Source of the DNA: the human T2T-CHM13v2.0 reference genome, Homo sapiens
DNA length: 64,000 bases
Strand: one strand, 5' to 3'
Assembly (NCBI RefSeq): GCF_009914755.1
Contig: NC_060928.1
Program-made: the position numbers and the translations under genes
The notes under the pieces: model-generated
Seen by the model: the letters and a program-made list of their open reading frames with translations, nothing else
Database searches by the model: none
What the model was told of the DNA's origin: nothing
In this document: positions 14,700 to 29,894 of the stretch, piece after piece
Position numbering within the stretch: the first letter of the stretch is position 1
How the letters are laid out: each line of letters begins with the position of its first letter

Positions 14700-16830
14700 A
14701 CCACACACACACCACGAACACATACGACATACACACATCATGTGCACCCACCACACAGACCATACACATACATATACCATATACCACACATGTGTACACA
14801 CACTCTACACACACATCATATGCACCTGCCACACAGACCATGCACATATAGATACCATAGATCACACATATGTACACACATGCTACACACACATCATGTG
14901 CACATGCCACACAGACCATGTACATACATATACCATGTACACACATGCTACACACACACATCATGTGCAAATGCCACACAGACCATGCACATACATACAC
15001 CATGTACACACATGCTAAATGCGCAAATCATGTGCACATGCCACACAGACCATGCACACATAGATACCATACACCACACATGTTTACACACATACTAAAC
15101 ACACATCATGTGCACATGCCACACAGATCACGAACATGTAGAAACCATAGACCACACATATGTACACACACTACACACACTACACAGACCATGCACATAC
15201 ATATACCATGTACATACATGCTACACACACATCATGTGCACATGCCACATAGACCATGCACATACATCTACCATACACCACACATATGTACACACACTAC
15301 ACACACATCATGTACACATGCCACACAGACCATGCACATGCATATACCATATATCACACATATGTACACACACTACACACATGCATATGCACATGCCACA
15401 CAGAGTATGCAGGTACATATACCACATGTCACACATATGTACACATACACACACCAAACACATGGACACACGTGCATATCACACACAGGCCACACCATAT
15501 GTACACCACAAACCACACTCATGTGCATGCACTATACGTACCATGCATGTAAACATACATACTCTATACATATACCACACACATAGACACACACTATGCA
15601 CATAACTATGACACACAGACCACAGACATATGCATGCACACATATCACACACCACATACACACAACATATGTGCACATACTACCTGCACCACATATGTGT
15701 GTGGGCACATGCATACCACACAGAGTGCACACATACCACATGAACACATACTACATGCACCACACATGTACATACACCCCACACTTTACACACATACCAC
15801 ACACATATGCCACATACAACACATATATACATATCTATATTTATCACACACATATGCACATATCAACCCCATGCTGTACTCATGCACCACACACAGCACA
15901 CACTTTTATGTATAGATACCACATAGATATACTACACATGCATAAAAATGACCTACACCACACATCACACATGCACACCCCATGTACATGCATGTGTCAC
16001 ACCCACAATTCTATACATACTATGTACACGTAGACAAACACATCATATAAATACATACCTCCTACAGATCACACATATACACCTACATAAATATTACATG
16101 TCACACAAATATATATACTGCACTTACAGTGCACACTTGTATACACATGCAAACACCATGCAAATACCCCACACAAAACACACACAGGTACACATCACAC
16201 ATGTACACATCACACACATAACGCAATCCTATACACTACACACATAAGTACACACCACAAACACTACACACATACACAAATCCTCCTATGCACACACACA
16301 CATATCCGTACCACAAACATATATACACATGTACCACCCATACCACTCACATATCACACATCACATACACACACATCATACACATACATAACACCAAGTA
16401 TATACACACAAAACACCACACAGCACACATGTATATATACCACATATACATACATGTGCCCCAACACCCTACACACACATATACAAGTTACAGACATGTA
16501 CACACACCACACACATCACCCTCATGCACATACCCCCTACGCATACCACACATGTTCACACAGTACACGTAAATACCCACATACTACCCACATATATCAC
16601 AAATGTCTATATACCCCTCATACAAAACACACCCCCATACCACATACATACACAGCTCCACCATATATGCATACCACACATACATCACATACATACACAT
16701 GCCACACACCACATACCTGATCACACAACACACACAATGCACACACATGCAGAAATCTCTTCCATGTCCACACACATGACACACACACTCACTACTACAC
16801 AACATACATGACCTCACACACAGACCATTA
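14700..16830. repeat. CA/TA-rich minisatellite and low-complexity tract
   Basis: About 10 related units, mostly ~64-80 bp (CACACACATCATGTGCACATGCCACACAGACCATGCACAT...), at ~14730-15450, decaying into unstructured purine-pyrimidine alternation. Confidence 0.95.
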
Positions 16831-17877
16831 ACACAGATGCTAGGAGACACAAATGTGTCTTGCTATGTCCCCTTGCAAAAGTGTACTCCTTTGGGGACCA
16901 GAACTCTAACATTGCAGAGCCCAGAGTTGTGTGGCAGGAAATACCAACTGAACCAGTAGTCATAGAGAGTGATATTAAGGAGGGTCACTCCTGCTTGTAC
17001 TTTTCCCACTGGGACACAACACCACAAAGCAGCCTCCGAATTAATGCACACACTGCGTCCTAGAGAATGATGTCCCATCTCCTCTGAGCCAGCATATCAG
17101 CCGCCCTTTTCAAGTGAGTTTTCGGGATTTCAAGGCTGGCTGCTTTTGGATGGTGTGACAGGTGATAGAGTGAGTGTGTCCCATGGCTCCACCCCCTCAT
17201 TTCCTTCACTGTGAAGTGGGTCTCCTGTTGGATGCTGTATTACTTGAGATGTTAAGACTGTGGATCAGGGATACTGTAAACCCTTGGAGAGTGGTGCTGG
17301 CTGAGGCTCTGTGGGCAGACAGGGCAAATTCGTTTTGAGATTGGTACCCATACCTGTGAACTGCTGACTGTTCCAGGATGGCAGGGACCCAGTGTAAGTG
17401 ACTTGTCACCAAATGGTCCATTGGGCTCCTTAAGAACTAGTGCCAACAGGTTGTGCATTCAAAGGCAGCAGTATCCAGATCAGCCTTTTCAAGTGGAAGC
17501 CAGCAGTTTTGGGTCCATACACAGCCTCCATCTCTGTCCCTGTGGCGATTCCATTCATGTGCTTATCCTGCCAGCTCAGAGAAAGCTGATAACAAAGACT
17601 GGCTAATAGCAGCTGGCTGCATCATTTTGTCTACTTGGTTGTTCAGTACCTCTTCTGTGAGGATTATAAGTAACACCCATTACTTTTAGTGGGTATTAAA
17701 GTGTGGTGCAGCAATCTTGACACTTAATGCTTAATGCTATATGTCCATTGACATGCCTCTACCCCAGGACTCCTCACCAATCTTTCAGTGTTTTTACTCC
17801 CAGGCTTCTGGCCAGCCCAGAGTCTCTTCTGTAATGTAGCCACTGCATGTGCAGGTGTCACCTAGCATTTTTTTGCA

Positions 17878-18060
17878 TTGCTGTATAGGAATGAGAGCCC
17901 AGGGAACTGGTGTAAGAAAATGCTGATACTCTGGCTGCTGCAATTGTGCTGAATAATAAAGTTCTTTGTCTCTGACCTTAAATCTTCTGCCAGCAGCCAT
18001 ACAACAGTGTCAGGATAACTTGTTAGCTTACAGGCAGGGTAAAATCTCAGACCCTTCACA
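17878..18060 (+). mobile_element. LTR 3' fragment (ERVL class, subfamily uncertain) inside the ERVL internal region
   Basis: AATAAAGTTCTTTGTCTCTGACC..CTTGTTAGCTT..GGGTAAAATCTCAGACCCTTCACAG. Confidence 0.5.
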
Positions 18061-18260
18061 GATCATAAACCAACCTTGGGCTTTCTCCTCTTTCTTTCTT
18101 CAGCTGGTCACTTGGGACACTCATTTGACAAGAGGTAAGAGCTGGGGATAGTGGATGGAATTGTGGAGGGTGGGCTCCCTGTTCATGCAACTTCCCCCAT
18201 GCCTTTGGTTCCACTCATTTCCATCTTACAATAGACTACTGCTGAGCCTATGTGACCTCA

Positions 18261-18611
<351 letters not shown>

Positions 18612-19869
18612 TCACAGTGGACAGTCTGTATGCATGGTCACTTGATGTTCCATGGTCCAGCATTCCATTCTAAGCATTCTGTGCTCAGAAACATGTGGGG
18701 GCTTTCTCAAAAAGCATATAATAATTTTGCTATAGATGGCATAACCTTGTTCCAGAACCCCAGAAGCCTGCATTATTGTTTTCTCACTGGGAACTTGCCA
18801 TAAACTCCACACTATATCTTTTTTCTAATATTGGCTCTCCCAACACAACAGGGCTTGCTGGACCTTATGGCCTGAGTGGCAGGGCAAGCCTGGATCTGCT
18901 GCAGAGCCCATTCTTGCTCCTGGGCTTTCTGAAAGCTGGCAGTCTTCTGAGTCTCCCAATATTCTTAAGTGTGGTATTGGTAGGTATGAAACGTGCTATC
19001 TCCAAAAGAAGCCGGGAGGCCTGTCAGGTGCTATGCTTCCTTTTTTTGTGATAGGGGCTGCAAGACATTTGTCTTTTACTTTAGAGATTATATCCTGGAG
19101 TCCTAAAGACTTCACGTGGTGGCAGCCGCCTGGCTCTTCATATACCTTACCTTCTGCAGGGCATGTGTCTTCCCAAGCCCTCTGGTGTATAGCAACCTCT
19201 TGTCATCTTGCCCAGTCAGCATGATGTCATCATTGTAATGGATCCATATGCCATTCTGCAGGATGTCCACAAGGTCCAGGTCTCCTGGGACTGTATTATG
19301 GCAGAGGGTGAGTGAGTTTGAAAAGCAACAGAACAAAAAAGAATTATAATCAATATCCTTTCTCGGTCACCAAATCAATGACCATGTACCATGTACCTGA
19401 CGCTTATTAATATGTTCTGGGAATAAAATCACATCAGGCACTGCAGCTTTGATCAGGATTACTGCTTGGGTAAGCCTTCAGTAGGCAACGGTCATTCTCC
19501 AGGATCCATCTGATTTCTCAGCTCTATTGGGGGGGCTGTGATAATACTGCAGGTCTCCAGGTATCAATGCCAGCTCAGACCTTGTGTCTGATCATCCTCA
19601 AAATATCTGATGAATTTCCTTTCCCCAGTGTATGTAGTTTATTTAAGAAAGGACTAGAGAACTCATTATAGTTTATGCTTGCCATGGTTTTATAGTGTCA
19701 TTCTACCTATGGATCCTGCCACCTTTTAGGTAAATGGGGCCCAGGTCTGAAAATCTCAGACCTGGGAAATAGGTGAATGATGATGACTGTTTATTGGAAC
19801 GACCACCCTCTGCCTCCTGCTCCTCTGTTCCTGCCTTCTTTTGATTGTGGCAGCATCCTCATTGACTGA

Positions 19870-20249
<380 letters not shown>

Positions 20250-21115
20250 GGTACTCTTCTGGTTCTTGATGGCTTATGCTAGCTAATTCTCACAGCTCCA
20301 TTGGGATATAATCTCCTTTTTCCTTATGAAACCCAACATATTCCTGACTGAAGTATGCTGAAATTTCATCTTAGTTATTGGCCTGGAAGCCAGAATAAGA
20401 GATGGGACAATTCCTGAGGGGACCACCTGTTACCTTGCCGAGGAGGGGACGTTGCTGTATCTTTCTGAATTGGAAAAATTCTAGTTCTTATTCTGGGGGA
20501 GCCACCTCTGAAAGCTCTGAGGCTTCAGAGGAATCTAAAGCAACAAAGCCCTTGGGACCATCCACCCAGATGTACCCATCTCAGTTTTTAGGGTCTCATG
20601 TTTCCCCAACTGGGACCCTGATTTCATAGGAGATCTGAGTTGGTTTAAGCATCACTGGGGCTTTGAAACTTTAATTATCAAATTCTGTGTTGGCAGCTCA
20701 GCTGTGTCTGCTCTTCCAGTGCAGGAGAGAAGAGGCTTCCTATAAACTACCAGCAAGGCCCTCTGGCTCCCACTCTTAGCTTTTATCTGTATGTCAACTG
20801 CTCTTGGTTTCTCACGATTCCCCTGTAGAACACTTGTACCACTTAGTAGCAGCCAGCAAACTCCACTGTACGTGTAGCTCATGTGTTCCCCCCTATATCT
20901 TTCAGAAGTCTGAATCATTGCACATGCAAAGCCATTCTCCCCCAACAGAATGTTTTCTCACATGAAATCTTAAACAACTGGGCTGCCACTAGGTGCCAGG
21001 GAATAACCATACCCCACATACCACTCAAGATGGGCTCCTCCTTGTCAGGGAGGGTCTGAGTAACCCAGTCGCAAAGGCTTATCTTTACTGCCTGTTTCCT
21101 CACGTCACTCCTGGT

Positions 21116-21563
21116 GTGTCTTGTGTCTTCTGAGCAGGGCACGCCAAGACAGGATTGGAGGTGTAAGCTATTTGTTGAGGTAAACTAAAAGAATAAGAGA
21201 GGAGCAGGAGTTGTCAGAGAGTCTTGAGATGGAAATGCCGGTCTGACACCTACTAAGAAGAGAGGGAAAGAAGGATTGGATAGGAAGAAAGGAAGGATTG
21301 CAATGGACCACAGTGCAGTTTTAGGTAAGTCTTGGCCAGGCCAATGGGAAGACCCAAAGCCATAGTTGCTGAGTAGAGAATTCCACGCCAGGCAGGAATG
21401 GATAGGTCCAGTACACCTACCATTCCCTGTCATTGGCTGGAAGCTCTCCAGAGAACCCCACAGTGTATCCAAAGGTGCAGCAGCTGAGGGCTGTCAATCA
21501 GCCATTGCCTCCCAGCAGATCCCCTTAAAAGGAGATCTGAGTGATCCACTTCCATGGCCACTA
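21116..21563 (-). mobile_element. LTR16-family LTR (5' LTR of the ERVL remnant)
   Basis: GGTCTGACACCT..GAAGGATTGG..TCTTGGCCAGGCCAATGGG..GTCATTGGCTGG..GGAGATCTGAG..CCATGGCCAC. Confidence 0.65.
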
Positions 21564-23369
21564 TGGTGATGGAACACCCCCATGTATAGGATTCATGGAG
21601 GCAGCCATCAAGGGGAGAGTAAAGCAGAGCCAGTGACTGGGGGCTCTTCAGAAAGTAAGGGGAAGTTGTCCAGGCAGCAAAAGCTTAGGGTGAGGGTTCC
21701 CAGAAGCCAACTTTTAACTTAGCTTTCCCCATTCAGCCATAACTTTTTTACTCCTTTGCTAAGATGGAAAGAAGTTAAAGAAGGGCCTTTGGGTCCAAAA
21801 CACATTAAAAAACAAAATACAGAGACACTTGTAACCAGGGCCTAAACCCAACACTGGCAGGTGTGGTAACTACCATGGCATCCAAAGTACCGAGGCATGC
21901 TGAGAGTGGCAGCCTCAGGGACATCCCAGGTATGTCAGCCCACATCACTCACTTGGAATGCCATTTCCCTTCAACTTCCAGTGAGTCTCTCCAATGATGG
22001 ACAGGAATGTGTGGAAGCAGAATAAGGTAGTGTCACTACCAAGGAAAGATATTGAGGAGGGGACAGTAACCTGCATAATAATTCTCAGCTTACTTCCCAT
22101 GGAAGTACCGGATGCCACTGTGGAAATTAAGTGATTCCTGATTTAAGACATTATTGCTTCAGGGTGTGCCTAAGCCTGAAAGTCCCCTACATGCATGAAT
22201 GCAATTCTCTATCTAAATACCCAATTCATTGTCAGGAAAAAATGGGCCCTAGAGAGTTTTTGTGGGTACAAACAATTGTACCCAGCTGACCAACCAACTA
22301 AATTCTCCTATTCAAAGACTTGGAGGAAATGAGTCCAAATATTGACAGCAGAAAATTTTAGTGACCCGTGCTCTGTTTCTTGGGCTAGTGGAGACCATTA
22401 AGGATTATGCTCCTCTCTAGGCCCACATCTGGCCACTATGTTTCAAGTTCTAGGTTCATGGGATTTCAAGGTTAGAAAGGACCACATAAACCGTGCCGCC
22501 CAATCCACCATAAGCTGAAATGTTGATGACACTGTCATGGAGAGGTACAGACCTGATGACATCACATTTGCTTCCCTTTCTGCTGACCTGGAAACAGCTA
22601 AAAGTAGCTACTTGTCCATGCCCTGGCTCTTATAACTATTTCTTCTCCAAGGTTTTCTGTGTCCAAATGTCTGGACCCTGTGATTTGAGGCTTTACACAT
22701 TGTGCATAAGTGTAGTTATCATAATAAATTTGAAATTAAACCCCATACCAGCAATCAGCTGGTATACAGCTTAGGAAATAGCCACACACCAGTTAAATAA
22801 AGCACAGTTAGGAAGCATATCTTCTGTCAAGTAACCATGCAATTAATTTCAAAGTAAAAAATAATTGGATTATCTGTGTCATGGTTTTCTTCATTAGTGT
22901 AGATAATTGGGAGATTTTAGTAGTATATTTCCTTCCTTCTTGAAGAAAATGCTTATGATATAATGATGGGGATCCCTCCCTTTCAGGTTTACACTTGGTG
23001 GGAGTTTGTAGGAGCTTACATCTGATATCTTTGGTCTATAGGTAAGGGGTAAAATAACAGAAAAGGAACCATGGTTGCCTGGACCATGGGTTAAAAAAAA
23101 AATCTCAGAAGGCCCATCAGCACACCCCACCACTCCATGTGAATGTGACCTCTGCCATACTTGGCCATGTGGAGGTTGGAGCCACACAGGGGCGTGCTTT
23201 CTAGAAGCCAATTGTTAGAGTTGGGCTGGCCAAGTGGGATCTGACAATGGAGTAACAGAATAAATCCAGGCAGGATAGCTCCTGGGGGCAAGGGCTGAAA
23301 GACAGAAAGAACAGCAAGGAGAGAAGTGAGACGGCGTGGCCCCGCCTGCTGGCTGGGCTCCGGCTCAGG

Positions 23370-23882
<513 letters not shown>

Positions 23883-26339
23883 CAGGCACGTTGTGGCAGG
23901 GTCGATCCACATGCCTAGGTGTGAATCATTATCTGGTTGTGACAGGCGCATCACAGAGGGGTCTTCACAGCCCCCACTGGCATTAATATTCACAAGGATC
24001 AAATCCAAAATGGATTTAATGAGCATGTTCTTCGTGAGAGATGCTGTTAGGAAACTCCAAACCAGCAATGGGCAAAATTTCTGAAGGCAGAAAGCCTGAA
24101 AATAAGCCACAGTTTATGTTTTCAGAACTACTAAGGGTGGAGCGGCTGTCTTTTCTAGCTGGATGTGCTGAATAAGAACCGTGCAAAACAAATACAGTTC
24201 CCCAGGGGCGCCGTGCATGATTTATTTCCAGATTTAATGAATGGCCACGTGCCTGGGTTAGTGGAAAATAACCCACAGACTGACTCATCCCTGAAAAGTG
24301 CAGTGGAAAAGCCTCTCTCGCTGATGCCATTGAAGGACACTGACCCATTTCCACATCCTAATCTCCTGGTAAACCGGGTGACATGGCGGGTGAACGAGGT
24401 ATGCAGGCTGCCTGCCTTGCCTCTGAGAACACAGTTTCTCGACATCCCCTGAAATGTCTATTGATCTGAGCATGTAGCTGATGTCAACACTGATTGTCTG
24501 AAGAGAGGCTACTCAATATCACAAGGTCACGACAAGAAAAAAAAAAACCTAATAATTCACTATCCCTGAACACAAAAGACTGGGCGTTGTTTTCTTCCAT
24601 CTTAACAGTATCTTTCTGTGGCTGCTGAGTGACTCTCCTCCTGTCACTGCCCTTGCTGTGGGATTTAGGTCTTACATTCGCTTTTATTTACCTATTTCTC
24701 TCCTGGCTTAACTTTTCAGATTCATGTAAGAGCAAACACCTGCTTTATATGCTCTGTCCCTGCTGCAGCCTCATCGCACAAAAGGCTGATTTAACTCCTC
24801 AACAGAAAGCCCTAATTTCACAAGCCCTGGGACTTCTCTGAATCACATTTTCTGCCCTAAGTTAGCAGCACCATTTCTCCCATGAAATAATGTTTACTGG
24901 TGCTTAATTGATTGAATTGGCACCTGCCTTGCAGGTGTACTCTTGGGCTTCATGAATTTGCTGCCGTTTGCAAGGTCTTTGGAGAGGCGCGGAGGGAAAA
25001 TGCCGGAGAGGAGAGCATTCTGGTGACTGTGGGGGGGGGGGCACTGTTGTCAGTATCTGCTGCCGGAGCCCACGCAGCACTTAGAGATGAGTCACACAAA
25101 GCACTGCACCTCCCCAGGAAGGGCGGCCACCTCGAGGAGAAGCAGGTAGTTTTTCATAACACAGAGTTGGCTCTATCCTTATCTCTGGCTACTCCTACTC
25201 AAAATTATAAGGTAGACAAAGTTTGTGTTCAGAGCTACCACTCTTCATTTTTTGCATGGTATTTGGTCCTTTGATTCATTCATTCTCTCCTGCCCTCCCA
25301 CACCTTTCCTTCCTCTCCATCCTCTTTCTCCCTCCTTCCCTTGTGTAGGAAAAACATTTCTTGATTGCACCCTGCTGTCAAAAAGCATAGGATAAACTGA
25401 TTTATTAATACATCAAGGAATAAGTGACTAATAAGGTGAACATTACTGAATAGTATGTGTATGATCAGAGGAAAATTTTAAATCAAAGGAAAAAAACAAT
25501 ATGATGGTGAAAATTCAAACACCATCACAGAGGTGCAGGAGACAGTGGGGGGAGGGAGGCTCTCCATTGTTCCTGAAATTACAAGACTCGTTAACTTCCT
25601 TCTTGCCTTTTCTTTAAGGTTAATAGAAACCCCCGTTTCTTGGATCACACGTCACAGGTATCAATTTCATTCCACATATTCAGATGTGTCTGAAACATAA
25701 TTCTTTGTTTCCCTTTCTTTCTTTTTAAGCCTCCATTCCTCTGGGGTTGTAGAAATTCAATCTAAATTAATTTGGCTTATCTCCCCAGCCTCCCCCAGCC
25801 CCTTTCCTTGGGGTTGCATTTACATTTGGAGGCTTAGGCAGTGCCAGGTATTGGGAAGGGGACATCTGGTTCTCGGGATCGTTCGCCATCCATGCTGGCC
25901 TCCCCGGAGGTGTCCACCTTGCCATCTGGTCTTCAGTTATTGGTTCACCAGGTGGCTGCTGAGTCGTCCCTGGTTCCTGACCATGGGCTCTTCGCATCCA
26001 GCTCTCTCTCTCAGCTACTTCCAGGACTCTCCTGGGCACAAAGGTGTTATCTGTTTCTGTCACAGAATTCTGGGCCTCAGAAATCTCCAAGAGACTGTCC
26101 AAAAGCCTTTCTTATTTCTTTGCCACTCGTGTGATCATACCAGTGCCTCACACTAAGTTGGCACACAAGCATACCATTATTCTGTGGGATCATGTTGCTT
26201 TCCTGGGCTCCAGCTGGGAAACTGAATGCAAGTTCCTTCCTTCTGCAGGCAGAACCAACCAAGGTGGGTAAGGAGGACATCTGTCATTTCTCCCCATGCC
26301 CGTGCCAGGCTAAGCTCTGGAAAGGAGGCTCTGGAATGT

Positions 26340-26396
26340 TTCTTGGGGACCCACCAGCCTCTGAGTTCTTGGGGACCCACCAGCCTCTGAGTTCTT
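26340..26396. repeat. Perfect 26-bp tandem duplication
   Basis: TTCTTGGGGACCCACCAGCCTCTGAG x2 plus TTCTT. Confidence 0.95.
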
Positions 26397-26570
26397 TCTT
26401 CCAGCTCCCTTCCTTCCTGTGGCCAATCAGTGACTCCTCTTTTCTCTAACTTTTTGCTGTGTTATCTTTTCTTGAAGCCAAAAATGTGAAGTGACTGAAT
26501 AGAGGGATGACCCAAGGGATGGAAGATAAAAGGTGGACAAGAACTGATTTCTTAAAATTTTAATTAATAA

Positions 26571-26948
<378 letters not shown>

Positions 26949-29589
26949 TAATGTAGGCATGCAATACATAATAATCAAGCAATTGATTTCATTTTAAAAA
27001 TCCAGCAAACTGAAGAACACTGTGCTAGCCATTGTGAGGGATGTAAAGTGTGGTAAAGCATAGGCCCTGCTTGTGAGAAACATACACAGAAATGTAGTGC
27101 TAAATGCCAACTCAGAAGTCATATGAATTCATAAGGAAAGAAAAATCAGTTCAGAATTACCCTCACACTTTACCATTCTTTTCTTTTTTCAATTTTTTTC
27201 TTTTAAAGAATTGGGACTGTTCAGCTGCCAGTGGGAATTTCTTAAAGTTAGAAGCTAAATAGAACACTAGTCAGAGTCTATATCAACAAATGTTGCTATA
27301 GCTCAAATCTGTGATTCAACTGGAGATATCAAAGCTTTCCCATGGAATTTACTTACTTTGAGCAGTACTGGATACAAACGAATTCTAAGACAACTAAAGC
27401 ATTTGTACACCCCTCCCCCATTAGAATTGTAACGTCGTTTGTCTTTTTATTATTTATGAGACTTTATTTCTAATATTAAAAATTTAGAGCAGTAGTCACA
27501 CAATTTGGGGACTAATGTGGAAGGCAATGCTTGTAGTAGTGAGGGTGGGCAGGGCTGGCTGCTGCTATCATAGCCCAGTGTCTCAGTGCCTTAGCACAAC
27601 GATGCTTATTTTCCACCCACTTCACAGTCCTTTGTTCTCCACAGTCACCTGTGGCCCACCCTCTGCCTTTAAAGCATGGCTGCCAGGTTCACCCTGGGTA
27701 TGAACACTAAGCCCACTAATGGGGGTAAGAGAGTGTGCAAAATCACATCACAGTCTTATAGGCCCAGCTTTGAGGTAATACACATTGTTCCTTCTCATTT
27801 TCAGTGGCCAGAACTCACTCATATGGCTCATCTAATTGAAGGGAGCTGGGAAATCTCATTGGCTGTGGGTCCCGGAGACAAAGGCCGCAGGTTTGATGAG
27901 CACATGGCATCATCCCCGCTTTATTTGTGAGCAAAATTCTCTAGCTGCATAAGCCTCCCAGTGATTAAAGCTTTGCTAGCAAAGAACCAGAATTGTTTCA
28001 TATCATAAAGAGTGTCAGGGAGATATGGCGCTTCCCTCTGGCCTCCCTCACTTCCTCGCTCCCCTTCCTGATCTCAGTCTGCCCTGCTCAGGAGGATGGA
28101 TCAGCAAGGCTAGAGCCTGCATCTGCACACTCACGGGCAGCCTTACAGGGTTCTTAGGAAAGCTGAGGCAATAGCAGTCACAGCTAGGCTTCTCCCCCAG
28201 GTACTCCCCAGTGCCTGGCCTGTGCTGATGACAGCACGTGAGTCATCAGCACTAAAGAATGCCAGCTTCATCACTGGAAGTTGGCAGATTCTCAGAACAG
28301 CACTGGAGAGAAAGCTGGGTGTCTCTGCTGGGCATTTGGGGTGAAGAAGGAACTAAAACCTTCCGAGTGTTTGAATGGAGGCTGTCTGTGCCAGGGAAGT
28401 GTTTTGGTCTCTCTTGTATTGTTCAAGCCAAGCCCAGGCCCAGGAAAGCACTCACTTTGTTGATTGAAAGGGAATCCTTCTGAGACAGAAAATGTCAACA
28501 GTGCTGGTGGGAATTCTGCATCTGCTCTTTAATGTCTAAGTGGTTTTAAGGAAATGGATGAACCTGGTGGTTTCAGATGAAATATTATTTCCTGCCTTCA
28601 AGTACAACATGTGTGTATATGCAAGGCAGCCTTCTTCTGCAATGAGTCTCAGGACAGAGGGCTGGCACCTCCTCAATGGCAGTGACATTGATATCCATGG
28701 ATCAAGTGTGAGGAGCTGGTTGGTTTAGGCAGCCATCTTCTTAACATGCCTCAAAAAATGGGAGCCCAAAGAAGGGACCTTTGCCTCAGTGAGCCAAGCT
28801 TATAACAAAGGAGCGAAGGTTGTCAGCTCATGGTCCCAGGAGAAAGGCAGTGGTCACCCAAGAATGGGAGTGGTGGATGGAGAGTGATAGAAAGCTAACC
28901 TAGGATTTCAGATGGAGGCATGGTTGAAGTCCTAGGATGGCAGGATGAGTATCTGAGGCGGAATGTACAAGTGAAGGAACTCTGTTGTGCTTTCAGTTTT
29001 ACTTCTAGTAAGTTCTAAACCAGTAAGGTGTTAGATTTTCTGTTCCGGGGTCTTTCAGCAACAAAACATGATCTGTCTTCAACTGATCTCTGTGGATTTA
29101 GGGGGAATTAGGTATATGAAATTTGAAAGTCTCTTCCCTCTGACACTTATATTCATAAGATGTACAAATATTAATTCCAACACACTCTTCACTGCTACAT
29201 ATAATTTCACAACCTTTTTATTCACCATAGAGGGTCAGGCTCTTAATTGCAGTATTCACCCCATAGATGGCAGTGGTACCAGATGCTGGCTCCAGAGATT
29301 CATGCTGAGGTGTCTTCCAGAACATTGTCACCAGCAACGTTCTGGACCTGCTGGAGTGAGGTCAGGATTCTGAAAACTTTCTTCTTGTAGGATTCTTGAT
29401 CAGTCTTGCCTGGCTTAGAAAATCAGACGAGAGTCTGGGTCTCAGCTGTGAAGTTACAGATGGAGGCATGGCTGAACGTGCATGTACTCAAAGTTTACAT
29501 TTTCCACGCACTGTTTCCCTGCCATGGAATTACACAATCACTTTTTCTGAGGATTTATGTTTCTTTCTAAAAACTATTATTCTTTTTAT

Positions 29590-29894
29590 TGTTTGTTTGT
29601 TTGTTTTTTGGAAACAAGTTCTCGCTCTGTTGCCCCGGCTGGAGTACGGTGGTACAATCTTGGCTCATTGCAGCCTTGCCCTCCCAGGCTCAAGTGATTC
29701 TCCCATCTTAGCCTCCCAAAAGTAGCTGGGACCACAGGCGCATGCCACCACACTGGACTAATTTTTGTATTTTTTGCATAGACAGGGTTTCGCCATGTTA
29801 CCCAGGCTGGTCTCAAACTCCTGGGCTCAAGTGATTGGCCTCCCTGGGCCTCCCAAGGTGCTGGGATTACAGGCATGAGCCACAGCGCCCAGCC
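29590..29894 (-). mobile_element. AluJ
   Basis: Antisense dimer with J-type CAGCCTTG..CTCCTGGGCTCAAG. Confidence 0.9.

Noticed and set aside
14730-15450. CRISPR-like repeat-spacer appearance
   Set aside because: Eukaryotic DNA; the inter-anchor sequences are homologous to each other rather than unique spacers; no cas genes
14599-16850. Many overlapping His/Thr-rich (or Cys/Val-rich) ORFs up to 238 aa
   Set aside because: Artefact of CA-rich low complexity lacking stop codons; open in several frames at once
24165-24452. 95-aa ORF preceded by TTTTCTAG
   Set aside because: GTG start, no recognisable protein match, no partner exons identified
25767-26102. 111-aa minus-strand ORF with plausible composition
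   Set aside because: Non-ATG start, no recognisable domain, overlapping ORFs of similar length on the other strand
29258-29276. CTCF-like CCCATAGATGGCAGTG
   Set aside because: Mismatches in the 5' core; cannot be supported without ChIP data
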